Shown: piece by piece, positions 55,321-63,349 of the stretch
Numbering within the stretch: position 1 is the stretch's first letter
How the letters are laid out: each line of letters begins with the position of its first letter
Source of the DNA: Chitinophagales bacterium
GTDB taxonomy: Bacteria; Bacteroidota; Bacteroidia; Chitinophagales; LD1
Direction of reading: 5' to 3'
Assembly (NCBI GenBank): GCA_044225825.1
Contig: JBGAIB010000005.1
Location: 213,750 to 277,749 of the forward strand
DNA length: 64,000 nucleotides
Position numbers and translations under genes: made by a program
Notes under the pieces: generated by a model
The model's input: only the letters and a program-made list of their open reading frames with translations
Database searches by the model: none
Told to the model about the DNA's origin: nothing

Positions 55321-56303
55321 TAGCTTAACCGATCTAACAAGCGTTGTAAAAAACTTTTGCGCACAGCAGGCTCTACCGCCGCAGGCTGCTGCACCGGTTG
55401 CTGCACCACTTTGGCCACAGCAGGCCGTGCATCGGCAAGTAATTGACGGGCATTGGTTTTAGTAAACCTGCTTTCTAAAAACTGCTTATCGATTGTAGGG
55501 AAGTTATAAGGTATGGTACCCAGCGAATGACCTACTTTGGGACGCTCGTGTATGTTTTCGCCAAACTGTTCGAAGTTGGTCATAAAATCATCGTCCTGTG
55601 CAAAGGCCTCTACACATTCCTTGTGATTGACCTTATCGAAATAATAGGTACGGAATTCGGTAGTTTTATGGGTAAAGTAGGTATTGGTTACAATGCGGAT
55701 TTTATCGGAAAAATTAGGCGGAGAAAAGTGAATAATGCTTTGATCGAAAAATACGGCCTGACCGGCCTTTACCAATACGGGCTGCAGGTAATCGACTATA
55801 TCTTCCATTACCGGACCGAAAAATTCAGGAATACTGCTACCACGGTAAGTTGGTATCAGGCGGTGGCTGCCGGGCAGTACGAATAATCCTCCGTTTTCAA
55901 CCGTGAGGTCCACCAAGGGCACCCAAATGTTAATGCCGGTGTATTTGCTTTCATCTACCAGGCTCATATCCTGGTGCACACACATGCCGCTATCAGGGCC
56001 GGGACTTTTAACGATGAAGGAGCCGCACACCACCTTGATATCAATACAGTAATTATCAATGGAACGCTGGCATATACGGCGAATTTCGCGGTCGGCTTCG
56101 TAGCGGTAATTGATGTCGCGCGAGAAGGTGCTGGGGAAGAAGCCTTTTTCATCCTGCGGATGCAGGCGGTGATAGAGTGCCTCCAACTCCGCAATTTCAT
56201 CGGGGGTATAAAACGGCAATATCACAAAGCCGTTCTTCTCGAACTCCTGCTGGTGTTTATCGTCCTTAAACACCTTCAACATCTTTTCAGGAAACTGAAA
56301 CAT
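55320..56303 (-). CDS. PhyH-family Fe(II)/2OG dioxygenase (paralogue 6)
   Basis: DDKHQQEFEKNGFVILPFY, CVHQDMSLVDE, WVPLVDL, IIHFSPPNFSDKIRIV, tail RKSFLQRLLDRLS. Confidence 0.78.
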   Translation of the reverse strand: MFQFPEKMLKVFKDDKHQQEFEKNGFVILPFYTPDEIAELEALYHRLHPQDEKGFFPSTFSRDINYRYEADREIRRICQRSIDNYCIDIKVVCGSFIVKSPGPDSGMCVHQDMSLVDESKYTGINIWVPLVDLTVENGGLFVLPGSHRLIPTYRGSSIPEFFGPVMEDIVDYLQPVLVKAGQAVFFDQSIIHFSPPNFSDKIRIVTNTYFTHKTTEFRTYYFDKVNHKECVEAFAQDDDFMTNFEQFGENIHERPKVGHSLGTIPYNFPTIDKQFLESRFTKTNARQLLADARPAVAKVVQQPVQQPAAVEPAVRKSFLQRLLDRLS

Positions 56304-56313
56304 ACACAGTGAT

Positions 56314-58230
56314 TTAGCTGCCTACCAGGCGGTGTTTAATTTCGCGGTAAATATTTAGCGGTGTATAGATCTGGAAGAAGGACCGCTTATCCACCACTTC
56401 CACTTTGGGCTCTTCTACCGGCGCACTTTCGGTAACCGGGGGAGCTTCCGTAACAGTTTCTTCTTTTTTTGCAGTACCCGCATTACCGAATAAAAGCGCC
56501 AGTTTCTCAGTCATTGGCACATTCCAGGTGTTGCCTGCCGCCTTTATTATTTCTACCAATTCTTCACTGGAATATTCGGGGCACACATACGGCACCTCTT
56601 CAGGCTCGCCATACCCTTCAATCAATTTACCTTCGTTGTACATACGCGAGAGCGTAGCATTTTCGTATTTCAGGTAAAAGTCCTCGTCCACGTTATACCG
56701 CAGCAGGGTTTTAAATTGCCCGTCGGGTTTCAGGTAATAATGCACCAGTTTGGCATCGCTTTGCATGATGCCCACACCGGCAGCCAGACGAATAGCGTTG
56801 GTTGTATTCGGAGGCGAGGCATGGAAGGTGCGGTTATCGAACATCAGCACCTCACCGGCTTTCATCTCTATAACCTGCAGGTAAGGGAATATACTATACA
56901 TATGCGCGCTAAGCGGCACCGGTGTTTGCGGAGAAGGCGAAGGCCGGTGATTTTGCATAAACTTATGGCTGCCACGTATAACACCCAGCGCGCCATTATC
57001 GAGCGTGGTATCCTGCAAGGCTATCCAACAGGTGATGGAGGTGTTCCCTTCTTCCTCTTTATCGGCAAAGCTCCAATCCTGGTGAGCAGGAACTACACCT
57101 TGCGGGTTTGGGTCTTTGGCTACAAAACTGGCAACAAATGGCTTAAAGTCTTTCAGGCGCTCAGCAAGCTTAGGTACCGCTATGCCCCATATTTTATCGC
57201 GCACGCGGCGGCAAAGTTCTTTATCCGTACTATCCATGCTTACATAAAAACCGTAGCCTTTCTCGTCCTTTAAGGCCAGCGAGTTGTAGAACGATTTCAG
57301 GTCATTTACTTCATCGGCACTCAGCAGCGGGAAAACACTATATCCTTCGCGTTCAAAAAACACCTGCTGTTCCGCATCTTTAAAAATTGGCTTCATCTTA
57401 TACATGGCTTCGTTCTTTTTAATTTCAAATGCAATTTTTTGCCTGCGGTATTCAGCAAGGCTGATGCTTTCAGGTTTATACGAAATTACTTCTTTTAGCG
57501 TGGCACCCACCGGACGATCGCCAATGCGCGTATTATACTGGTTAAAGAAGTCGGCATTGGTTTCATACACCTCTACTTCCGTATCGTTTTTGGGGAAGTA
57601 AAATTTCAGCGGAGCTTTGGCCTCTATCAAGCCATAAGTAACAACCACCCGGGAATCGTTACTTAAGTTTGGCGGCGATGCGTGCCATAAGGCATGACTG
57701 AAAATAAACGCTTCACCGGCCTTCATGGGCAAGGTCTTCAGGTCGTTGCGCACATCGGCCTGTATGGCATTAAAAGCAGCAGGCATACCGGGTGAACGAA
57801 GCGCTTTGGTAAACCGATGGCTACCGTCTATAACCTGTATAGCGCCGTTTTGTTCATCCACATCCTGCAGGGGAATCCAAATAGTAACCGAATCGTATGT
57901 TGGCTCATCGGTAATGGTCCAATCCTGATGTATGGGCATTTCGCTTACAGCGCCGGGCTTTTTATTTAAAAAGCAACTGCCCATTTTTTTAATCTGCCCG
58001 AATGTACCGGCCACCTGCGTATGCAGTAAGCTTTCAATATAAGCGCCGATCTGTTCTTTTACGTCTTTGGCTTTACTGAAACTACTGGAATAAAAACCCT
58101 CGGGGACTTCGGTATGTGTGTCAAAAAAAAGTTTCCGTAACTGCTCACAGTTCTGCTGCGGTAAAAACGGGATTACCACATAACCATATAGGTCGAATTT
58201 TTTTTGCAGTTCCGGATCTTTAAAAAGCAT
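56314..58230 (-). CDS. tandem double PhyH-domain Fe(II)/2OG dioxygenase (paralogues 7+8, 638 aa)
   Basis: Domain 1: KDPELQKKFDLYGYVVIPFL, PIHQDWTITDE, WIPLQDV, LWHASPPNLSNDSRVV. Domain 2 starts ~aa 285: KDAEQQVFFEREGYSVFPLL, PAHQDWSFADK, WIALQDT, TFHASPPNTTNAIRLA. Confidence 0.8.
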   Translation of the reverse strand: MLFKDPELQKKFDLYGYVVIPFLPQQNCEQLRKLFFDTHTEVPEGFYSSSFSKAKDVKEQIGAYIESLLHTQVAGTFGQIKKMGSCFLNKKPGAVSEMPIHQDWTITDEPTYDSVTIWIPLQDVDEQNGAIQVIDGSHRFTKALRSPGMPAAFNAIQADVRNDLKTLPMKAGEAFIFSHALWHASPPNLSNDSRVVVTYGLIEAKAPLKFYFPKNDTEVEVYETNADFFNQYNTRIGDRPVGATLKEVISYKPESISLAEYRRQKIAFEIKKNEAMYKMKPIFKDAEQQVFFEREGYSVFPLLSADEVNDLKSFYNSLALKDEKGYGFYVSMDSTDKELCRRVRDKIWGIAVPKLAERLKDFKPFVASFVAKDPNPQGVVPAHQDWSFADKEEEGNTSITCWIALQDTTLDNGALGVIRGSHKFMQNHRPSPSPQTPVPLSAHMYSIFPYLQVIEMKAGEVLMFDNRTFHASPPNTTNAIRLAAGVGIMQSDAKLVHYYLKPDGQFKTLLRYNVDEDFYLKYENATLSRMYNEGKLIEGYGEPEEVPYVCPEYSSEELVEIIKAAGNTWNVPMTEKLALLFGNAGTAKKEETVTEAPPVTESAPVEEPKVEVVDKRSFFQIYTPLNIYREIKHRLVGS

Positions 58231-58245
58231 AAAGGTGGGGTTGCG

Positions 58246-59169
58246 TCAGGAAGCAAAAACCTGTTTGAGCCGTTGCATGAATCCAACTTTTACAGGCTGT
58301 TCATCAAAGCGCGGCGCTTTCATACGCTGTTTAAATTCCTGCTCGGTTAAAGGGTGGAATTTATACGGTATATGCCCTACCTTCTTTGCGTTTTCCGGTT
58401 TCTTCCAGGGGTTGAACTGCATGTAAAAATCAACATCCACTTCTAACACATCCACATCGGTCATACTTACCGAAGGGTCCATGTGGTAATGAATGGAAGG
58501 CATTTCGGCTGGAATACAGATAAGCTGAATAGCCAGGCGCAGTTCATTTGTTTTATTCAGCGCCGAATAGTGCACAATGCTATCATCCAAAATTACACAA
58601 TCGCCGGCGCGTGTTTCCAGCGGCACCAGGTAGTTATCAATAATTATTTCCTTAATGCCGTCCAGTTCCCAGGGTATCATAGGTCCGCGTACTTCGCCGA
58701 AGCGTTTGTGGCTACCGGGTACTACTTGTAAAGTGCCGTTCTCAACTGTTGAATCAACAAGGGGGCACCAAATAGAAACGGTGCAGCATTTACGTTCATC
58801 GGCAAAGGCCCAGTTTTCGTGCAAGGGCACCTCGCCGGTGTCGGTTTTTTTGCGAATGTAGTTGGCAATAACCGGACGGTAATCGGCCAACAGACGATCC
58901 ATATGCGGTTTGAAGTAGGTAGTTATAATGTCAAACACCTGCCGCTTATAGTCAATATTTTTATCGATAAAGGTGAAGTCGTAGGTAACAAGGCGGCTGT
59001 TTTCCACGCCGGTTTCATCGGCGCTGATCTGCCCGCCACTGGCAGGAAGCGAATCGAAAAACTTTTGCTTCAGTTCTGCTACTTCCTGTGGTGTAATAAA
59101 AGGTACACGCACATAACCATCACGCTGAAACTGTTCTTCCAGTGCCTCATCGCGCAATACTTTACGCAT
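58246..59169 (-). CDS. PhyH-family paralogue 9 with HEN in place of the HxD iron motif
   Basis: DEALEEQFQRDGYVRVPFI, VPLHENWAFADE (Asn where the eight other domains have Asp), WCPLVDS, IVHYSALNKTNELRLA, tail VGFMQRLKQVFAS. Confidence 0.75.
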   Translation of the reverse strand: MRKVLRDEALEEQFQRDGYVRVPFITPQEVAELKQKFFDSLPASGGQISADETGVENSRLVTYDFTFIDKNIDYKRQVFDIITTYFKPHMDRLLADYRPVIANYIRKKTDTGEVPLHENWAFADERKCCTVSIWCPLVDSTVENGTLQVVPGSHKRFGEVRGPMIPWELDGIKEIIIDNYLVPLETRAGDCVILDDSIVHYSALNKTNELRLAIQLICIPAEMPSIHYHMDPSVSMTDVDVLEVDVDFYMQFNPWKKPENAKKVGHIPYKFHPLTEQEFKQRMKAPRFDEQPVKVGFMQRLKQVFAS

Positions 59170-59210
59170 ATAGTTTCTATTTTCTTTAAAGAAATAATCT
59201 GCAAGGCGCG

Positions 59211-60047
59211 TTAAGCGCTGTCCACCAGTTTATCTTCCACCTTCATCAGATACACTAAACCGGCAAAGCCTAAAAGTACGCAAAATATCGGGGCTATAAA
59301 AAATTGCCATTCAGGAAACTCTGTTCCTAAAAGAGAGAAACGAATGCCTTTGATAATACCTGCCATAGGATTGAACCAAAGCAAGAACCGGTATTGATCA
59401 GGGATAAGCGTGGTGGGGTAAAACACCGGAGTAAACCATACCGCCATACCAATAAGTGCCGGCACCAATTGGTTTAAATCGCGGAAGCGGATGTTAAGTG
59501 CTGTCATCCAAACGGCTATCATAAAACCACAGGCGATTATTAAGAGCAAAAACAGCGGTAACAGGACAATACCTACATGAATACCCGTGCCGCTGATCAG
59601 TATCATAACAAACAGGATGGCGAGTGAAATGCCCATTTCCAAGCCCGAAACCACCACCTTAACCAGCAGCAGTACAACCTTGGGGAAATACATTTTACGG
59701 ATGAGCTGTTGTTGCTGCACAATTGCCGTGGAACCTGTAATAGCTATCTGCGAAAAATAATTCCAGGCAAGCATACCGCTAAAGGCAAAAAGGTAATAAG
59801 GTACAGGAGTTTCAACATGCAGTAACAGCCGGAACAACACGGTAAAAATGAGGAGAATGATGAGCGGACGAAGCACCGCCCAGGCAAGGCCGAAAAAGGT
59901 TTGGGCGTAGGTGCTTTTGATCTCCTGCCAGGCAAATACGCCAATAAGATGTCTGTACCGATATACCTCCTTTAAATACGAAGCTGCAAACGGTGGTTTT
60001 GCATTAATAACTTTAACAGGTTGTAGCTCCGCTTGCATGCTCCTCAT
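59211..60047 (-). CDS. ABC-2-type (Wzm/TagG-like) exporter permease
   Basis: Start moved to MRSMQAELQ (ATG 60047; MQAELQ at 60038 is also possible) to clear the upstream terminator. Six hydrophobic helices. N-terminal YLKEVYRYRHLIGVFAWQEIKSTYAQTFFGLAWAVLRP is typical of Wzm/TagG ABC-2 permeases. Confidence 0.78.
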   Translation of the reverse strand: MRSMQAELQPVKVINAKPPFAASYLKEVYRYRHLIGVFAWQEIKSTYAQTFFGLAWAVLRPLIILLIFTVLFRLLLHVETPVPYYLFAFSGMLAWNYFSQIAITGSTAIVQQQQLIRKMYFPKVVLLLVKVVVSGLEMGISLAILFVMILISGTGIHVGIVLLPLFLLLIIACGFMIAVWMTALNIRFRDLNQLVPALIGMAVWFTPVFYPTTLIPDQYRFLLWFNPMAGIIKGIRFSLLGTEFPEWQFFIAPIFCVLLGFAGLVYLMKVEDKLVDSA

Positions 60048-60113
60048 CCCCTTTTGGCAGGTATTCAAATATATCAAAAAGGCAGGCGGAATCGTACTGT
60101 GACCGGTACCAGG

Positions 60114-60143
60114 CAATAAAAAAGGCCGGTGCAAACCGGCCTT
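60114..60143 (-). terminator. rho-independent terminator after the DsrE-like gene, insulating it from the ABC/PhyH operon
   Basis: The minus strand reads AGGCCGG-tttgca-CCGGCCT-ttttttatt (stem 60123-29 / 60136-42 on plus coordinates). Confidence 0.7.
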
Positions 60144-60162
60144 ATCTATTTGTATGTAAAGG

Positions 60163-60645
60163 TTAGATGAACAACATATGTGTGCCTTCACCTTTGCCCT
60201 GATTGTAAAAGCCGCCGACAGTTAAAACACCATCCAGGCCATCGTACATATCTTCTTTCTTATAGTGGAACATATCCATGGCTAGTTTGCAGGCCCACAG
60301 TTTAACGCCTGATTCCTTTAGAATATCCAGGAATTCGTGCACACCGGGCATATCCAGTTTTTCCATTTCTTTTTTCATCATGCTGGTAGCGAAGGCTTCC
60401 ATACCGGGCAAGCCGCCTAACATGGTTGGCAAGTGCATAGCAGGGTTACCGACTGTAGCTACGTGCAGGTGTTCCAGTTTCTCTTTATGGAGTGCTTCCA
60501 AACCAAAAAAGGTAAAGAATATTTCAGCCTGTATACCTTCCATACGGGCACCATTGGCCAACACAAATGCAGCATACACATTTTCGAGTGTTGCCTTGGA
60601 AAGTATGATCATCATCTTTTTGATATCGCCTTTATTATCGCTCAT
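60163..60645 (-). CDS. DsrE/DsrF-like family protein
   Basis: 160-aa. IILSKATLENVYAAFVLANGARMEG...FFTFFGLEAL...LWACKLAMDMF pattern of DsrE-like sulfur-carrier-fold proteins. Sits next to TusE/DsrC-like and FAD oxidoreductase genes. Confidence 0.6.
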   Translation of the reverse strand: MSDNKGDIKKMMIILSKATLENVYAAFVLANGARMEGIQAEIFFTFFGLEALHKEKLEHLHVATVGNPAMHLPTMLGGLPGMEAFATSMMKKEMEKLDMPGVHEFLDILKESGVKLWACKLAMDMFHYKKEDMYDGLDGVLTVGGFYNQGKGEGTHMLFI

Positions 60646-60666
60646 AACTTAAATTTTAAGTGGTTA

Positions 60667-60975
60667 TTAAATGCAACTGGCAGGCTTAGGAATACCCGCA
60701 ATTTTAGCGGAGGTTTTCAGCGGACCTTCGGGATATAGTTCGTAGAACTCCTTGATATCGATTACACCGCTGGTGCGGATTTTGCGAATGCTTAGAGGAA
60801 TATCCTTGGTGTATTGATCCTGCAGGTAATTGATAACTGTCCAGTGGCGGTCAGTCATGTTAATACCAGCTTCGGTAGCCAGGGCTTCGCCTATTTCGCG
60901 ACTCCACTGTTTATAATTGGTCATGTAACCTTCTTCGTTTACGTCGATGGTTTTTCCGGCAATTGTCTTTTCCAT
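60667..60975 (-). CDS. TusE/DsrC/DsvC-family sulfur relay protein
   Basis: 102-aa. VNEEGYMTNYKQWSREIGEALA...HWTVINYLQDQY... with C-terminal ...GIPKPASCI carrying the conserved penultimate-region Cys. Confidence 0.75.
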   Translation of the reverse strand: MEKTIAGKTIDVNEEGYMTNYKQWSREIGEALATEAGINMTDRHWTVINYLQDQYTKDIPLSIRKIRTSGVIDIKEFYELYPEGPLKTSAKIAGIPKPASCI

Positions 60976-60992
60976 TATCTAAAATTTATGGG

Positions 60993-62228
60993 TTAGTTAA
61001 AGTTCTTTCCTTCTTCCTGCATGGTAGCAGTAACAAACGGGATATGGGTACCCTTAAGCAGCATATTCCAGTAAATCCAGCGGAAGGCCAGTTTCCCCAT
61101 GTGGTTCATGCGGCTTTCTTTCAATAACCGCAGCGGTCCTATGCCCGGGAATGGGAAGGTGCCTTCCACCGGCTCGTGGGTGTAGTTAAAATCGATCAGC
61201 AGTGCTTTACCTCCTCCTGTTTCCACAAAACAGTTGGCGTGGCCATCAAACTCCTCTTTTAAAGGTTCGCCTTTTACAAAGCGGAGCACATTTTCAGTAA
61301 GTATTTCTGCTTCAAAGTGTGCAACTGAGCCAGCTTTAGAGGCAGCGATATTGGTAGCATCGCCGATTACGAAAATGTTTTTGAAGGCATTGCTTTGCAG
61401 CGTAGCTTTGTTGGTAGGCACAAAATTAAGGTCGTCGCCCAGGCCGGAGCGTGCAATTAATTCATCGCCTTTGTTAGTTGGTACGGTAACCAACAAATCG
61501 AAAGGCACTTCCTTACCGCCATAGTCAATAATTTTCTTGTTCTCGTTATCCACCTGCTCAATGGCAAAATCGCTTACGATATTGATGTGCTTTTCGTGCA
61601 GGAGATGGTCGAGGGTGGCAGTGGCTTTAGGCTTGGTAAAGGCCCCGCTTAACGGAGTAACGTAGGTTATCTCCACTTTATCGCGCAGGTTATTATGCTT
61701 GAAATAACTATCCGCTAAAAATGCAAACTCCAGTGGCGCAACCGGGCATTTTATAGGCATCTCGGTTATGTGTACCACCAATTTACCACCCTGCCATTCA
61801 CGCAATTTATTGCGCAGGGCCAGTGCCCCTTCAAAGGTGTAAAAATCAAACACACTCTTTTGCCATTCGGCACCGTTCATGCCTTCCACTTCTTCGGGCG
61901 CAATTTTGGCACCGGTAGCGATTATCAGAATATCGTAACTAAGCCGGTCGCCGTTCATCATCTGCACGTAATTTTCGGCAGCTACAACACGGTCAATCCG
62001 TTCGCTTATTAAGTTAACACCCTTAGGCATAAACTCGCGGATGGGCTTTACAATGTCCTCGGGCTCATAAATAGAGAATGGTAAAAAGAGGAAGCCGGGC
62101 TGGTAGTAGTGCTCTTCGCGTTCGTCGATGATGTCAATCTCCCATTCGTTGGCGGGTAATTCCTTGTGGAGGTGGTTAGCCATCATTGTGCCGCCCGTTC
62201 CTGCCCCTAGTATCAGTAATCTTTTCAT
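60993..62228 (-). CDS. FAD-dependent pyridine-nucleotide-disulfide oxidoreductase, sulfide:quinone oxidoreductase-like
   Basis: N-terminal Rossmann motif MKRLLILGAGTGGTMMANHL, later FVIGDATN FAD motif. ~410 aa as in SQR-type enzymes. Confidence 0.65.
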   Translation of the reverse strand: MKRLLILGAGTGGTMMANHLHKELPANEWEIDIIDEREEHYYQPGFLFLPFSIYEPEDIVKPIREFMPKGVNLISERIDRVVAAENYVQMMNGDRLSYDILIIATGAKIAPEEVEGMNGAEWQKSVFDFYTFEGALALRNKLREWQGGKLVVHITEMPIKCPVAPLEFAFLADSYFKHNNLRDKVEITYVTPLSGAFTKPKATATLDHLLHEKHINIVSDFAIEQVDNENKKIIDYGGKEVPFDLLVTVPTNKGDELIARSGLGDDLNFVPTNKATLQSNAFKNIFVIGDATNIAASKAGSVAHFEAEILTENVLRFVKGEPLKEEFDGHANCFVETGGGKALLIDFNYTHEPVEGTFPFPGIGPLRLLKESRMNHMGKLAFRWIYWNMLLKGTHIPFVTATMQEEGKNFN

Positions 62229-62357
62229 TCTTATGGGTTATTGGTTAATTCAACAGCAAAGCTACCGGGGCGCCAGGCCTGATTGGGTGATGATTGTCAC
62301 ATAGAAGACATGATTAAAATCAAAATACGATGTGCTGCCATAGTTGTAACTAAGCGC

Positions 62358-62690
62358 CTATTCAACCAGTAAAATGTGCAATAAACCGTCCCGGTAATTC
62401 AATTGGATTTTACCCGGACTTACAGGATGATCCATCAGATAAGACCAGGAGAAGGAACGGCAACAATATTGGCGGAGGGTATGATCGTGCTGCTGCTCTT
62501 CGGTTCGGTCTTCCATTTTGGCATCCACTATAAGCATCCCATCCTCTACTTTAAGTTTAAAGTCATCAGATTGCCAGCCCGGGGCCGATAAAATTATCTC
62601 CCGACCGGTGGCAGTTTCTCGGATATCCACTAATACCGGTGCACCGGCTGAGTGGTGGGCACTGCTGCAGGAATTATCAATAACAGGCAT
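62358..62690 (-). CDS. small Hsp20/alpha-crystallin-like protein (~110 aa)
   Basis: ATG 62690 preferred (MPVIDNS...). Core VDIRETATGREIILSAPGWQSDDFKLKVEDGMLIVDAK...IQLNYRDGLLHILL resembles the ACD beta-sandwich. Confidence 0.5.
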   Translation of the reverse strand: MPVIDNSCSSAHHSAGAPVLVDIRETATGREIILSAPGWQSDDFKLKVEDGMLIVDAKMEDRTEEQQHDHTLRQYCCRSFSWSYLMDHPVSPGKIQLNYRDGLLHILLVE

Positions 62691-62874
62691 TATATAAGCC
62701 GGTTTTATACCTAAGGCTGAGGGTAAGTTCGTCCAACATTTTATAAACCACATACCATATCAATTTGTGCTTACGCGTTTATCAAATATCGATTGCGATG
62801 AGGGCATTTATATTGAGCATGCTTAATGCTATTAATGACAGTGCTCACGTTTTATTACCACGGCCGTTATGTGC

Positions 62875-63249
62875 TTAGCCTTTAACATTATTAAGGCAGT
62901 CGGCGGTTACCTTTAATAGTTGATTGCCTTCGAAAGGTTTTGGTAAAAAGCCTGAAGCACCTAGTTCCAGCGCGGCAGCCTCCAAATGCTGCTCGGCTTT
63001 TGCTGTAATAATTATAAAAGGGATGCTGCCCGTATGTGGTTGATGACGGATAGCCTTTAACACCTGCCAGCCATCCATTTCGGGCATGGCAATATCCGAT
63101 ATAATTAAATCAGGTTTAATCAACATAGCCAACTCAATACCCAGGGAGCCATTTGCTGCGGTCACCACATCATAGTGTGCCAGTTGCAGTATTTCCACAA
63201 TGTTTTCCCGCATTTCGGTGTTGTCTTCAATCACCAGTATGGAACTCAT
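62875..63249 (-). CDS. single-domain response regulator (receiver only)
   Basis: MSSILVIEDNTEMRENI...PDLIISDIAMPEMDGWQVLKAIR...IPFIIITAK: canonical REC with phospho-acceptor Asp (SDIAMP) and conserved Lys. Confidence 0.88.
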   Translation of the reverse strand: MSSILVIEDNTEMRENIVEILQLAHYDVVTAANGSLGIELAMLIKPDLIISDIAMPEMDGWQVLKAIRHQPHTGSIPFIIITAKAEQHLEAAALELGASGFLPKPFEGNQLLKVTADCLNNVKG

Positions 63250-63349
63250 GACGTTGCGCTTAACTGTATTAAAATACTTTACCAGATAAAGGTAAGGGAG
63301 GTATACCTTGCCAACAGTTGATTTCGGTCAATTGAAACGGTATAGTTGC

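Noticed and set aside
38732-59169. PhyH paralogues as Fe(II)/2OG halogenases.
   Set aside because: Halogenases replace the carboxylate ligand by Ala/Gly (HxA/HxG). Eight of nine domains keep HxD. The single deviant has HxN, which I flag separately but do not call a halogenase.
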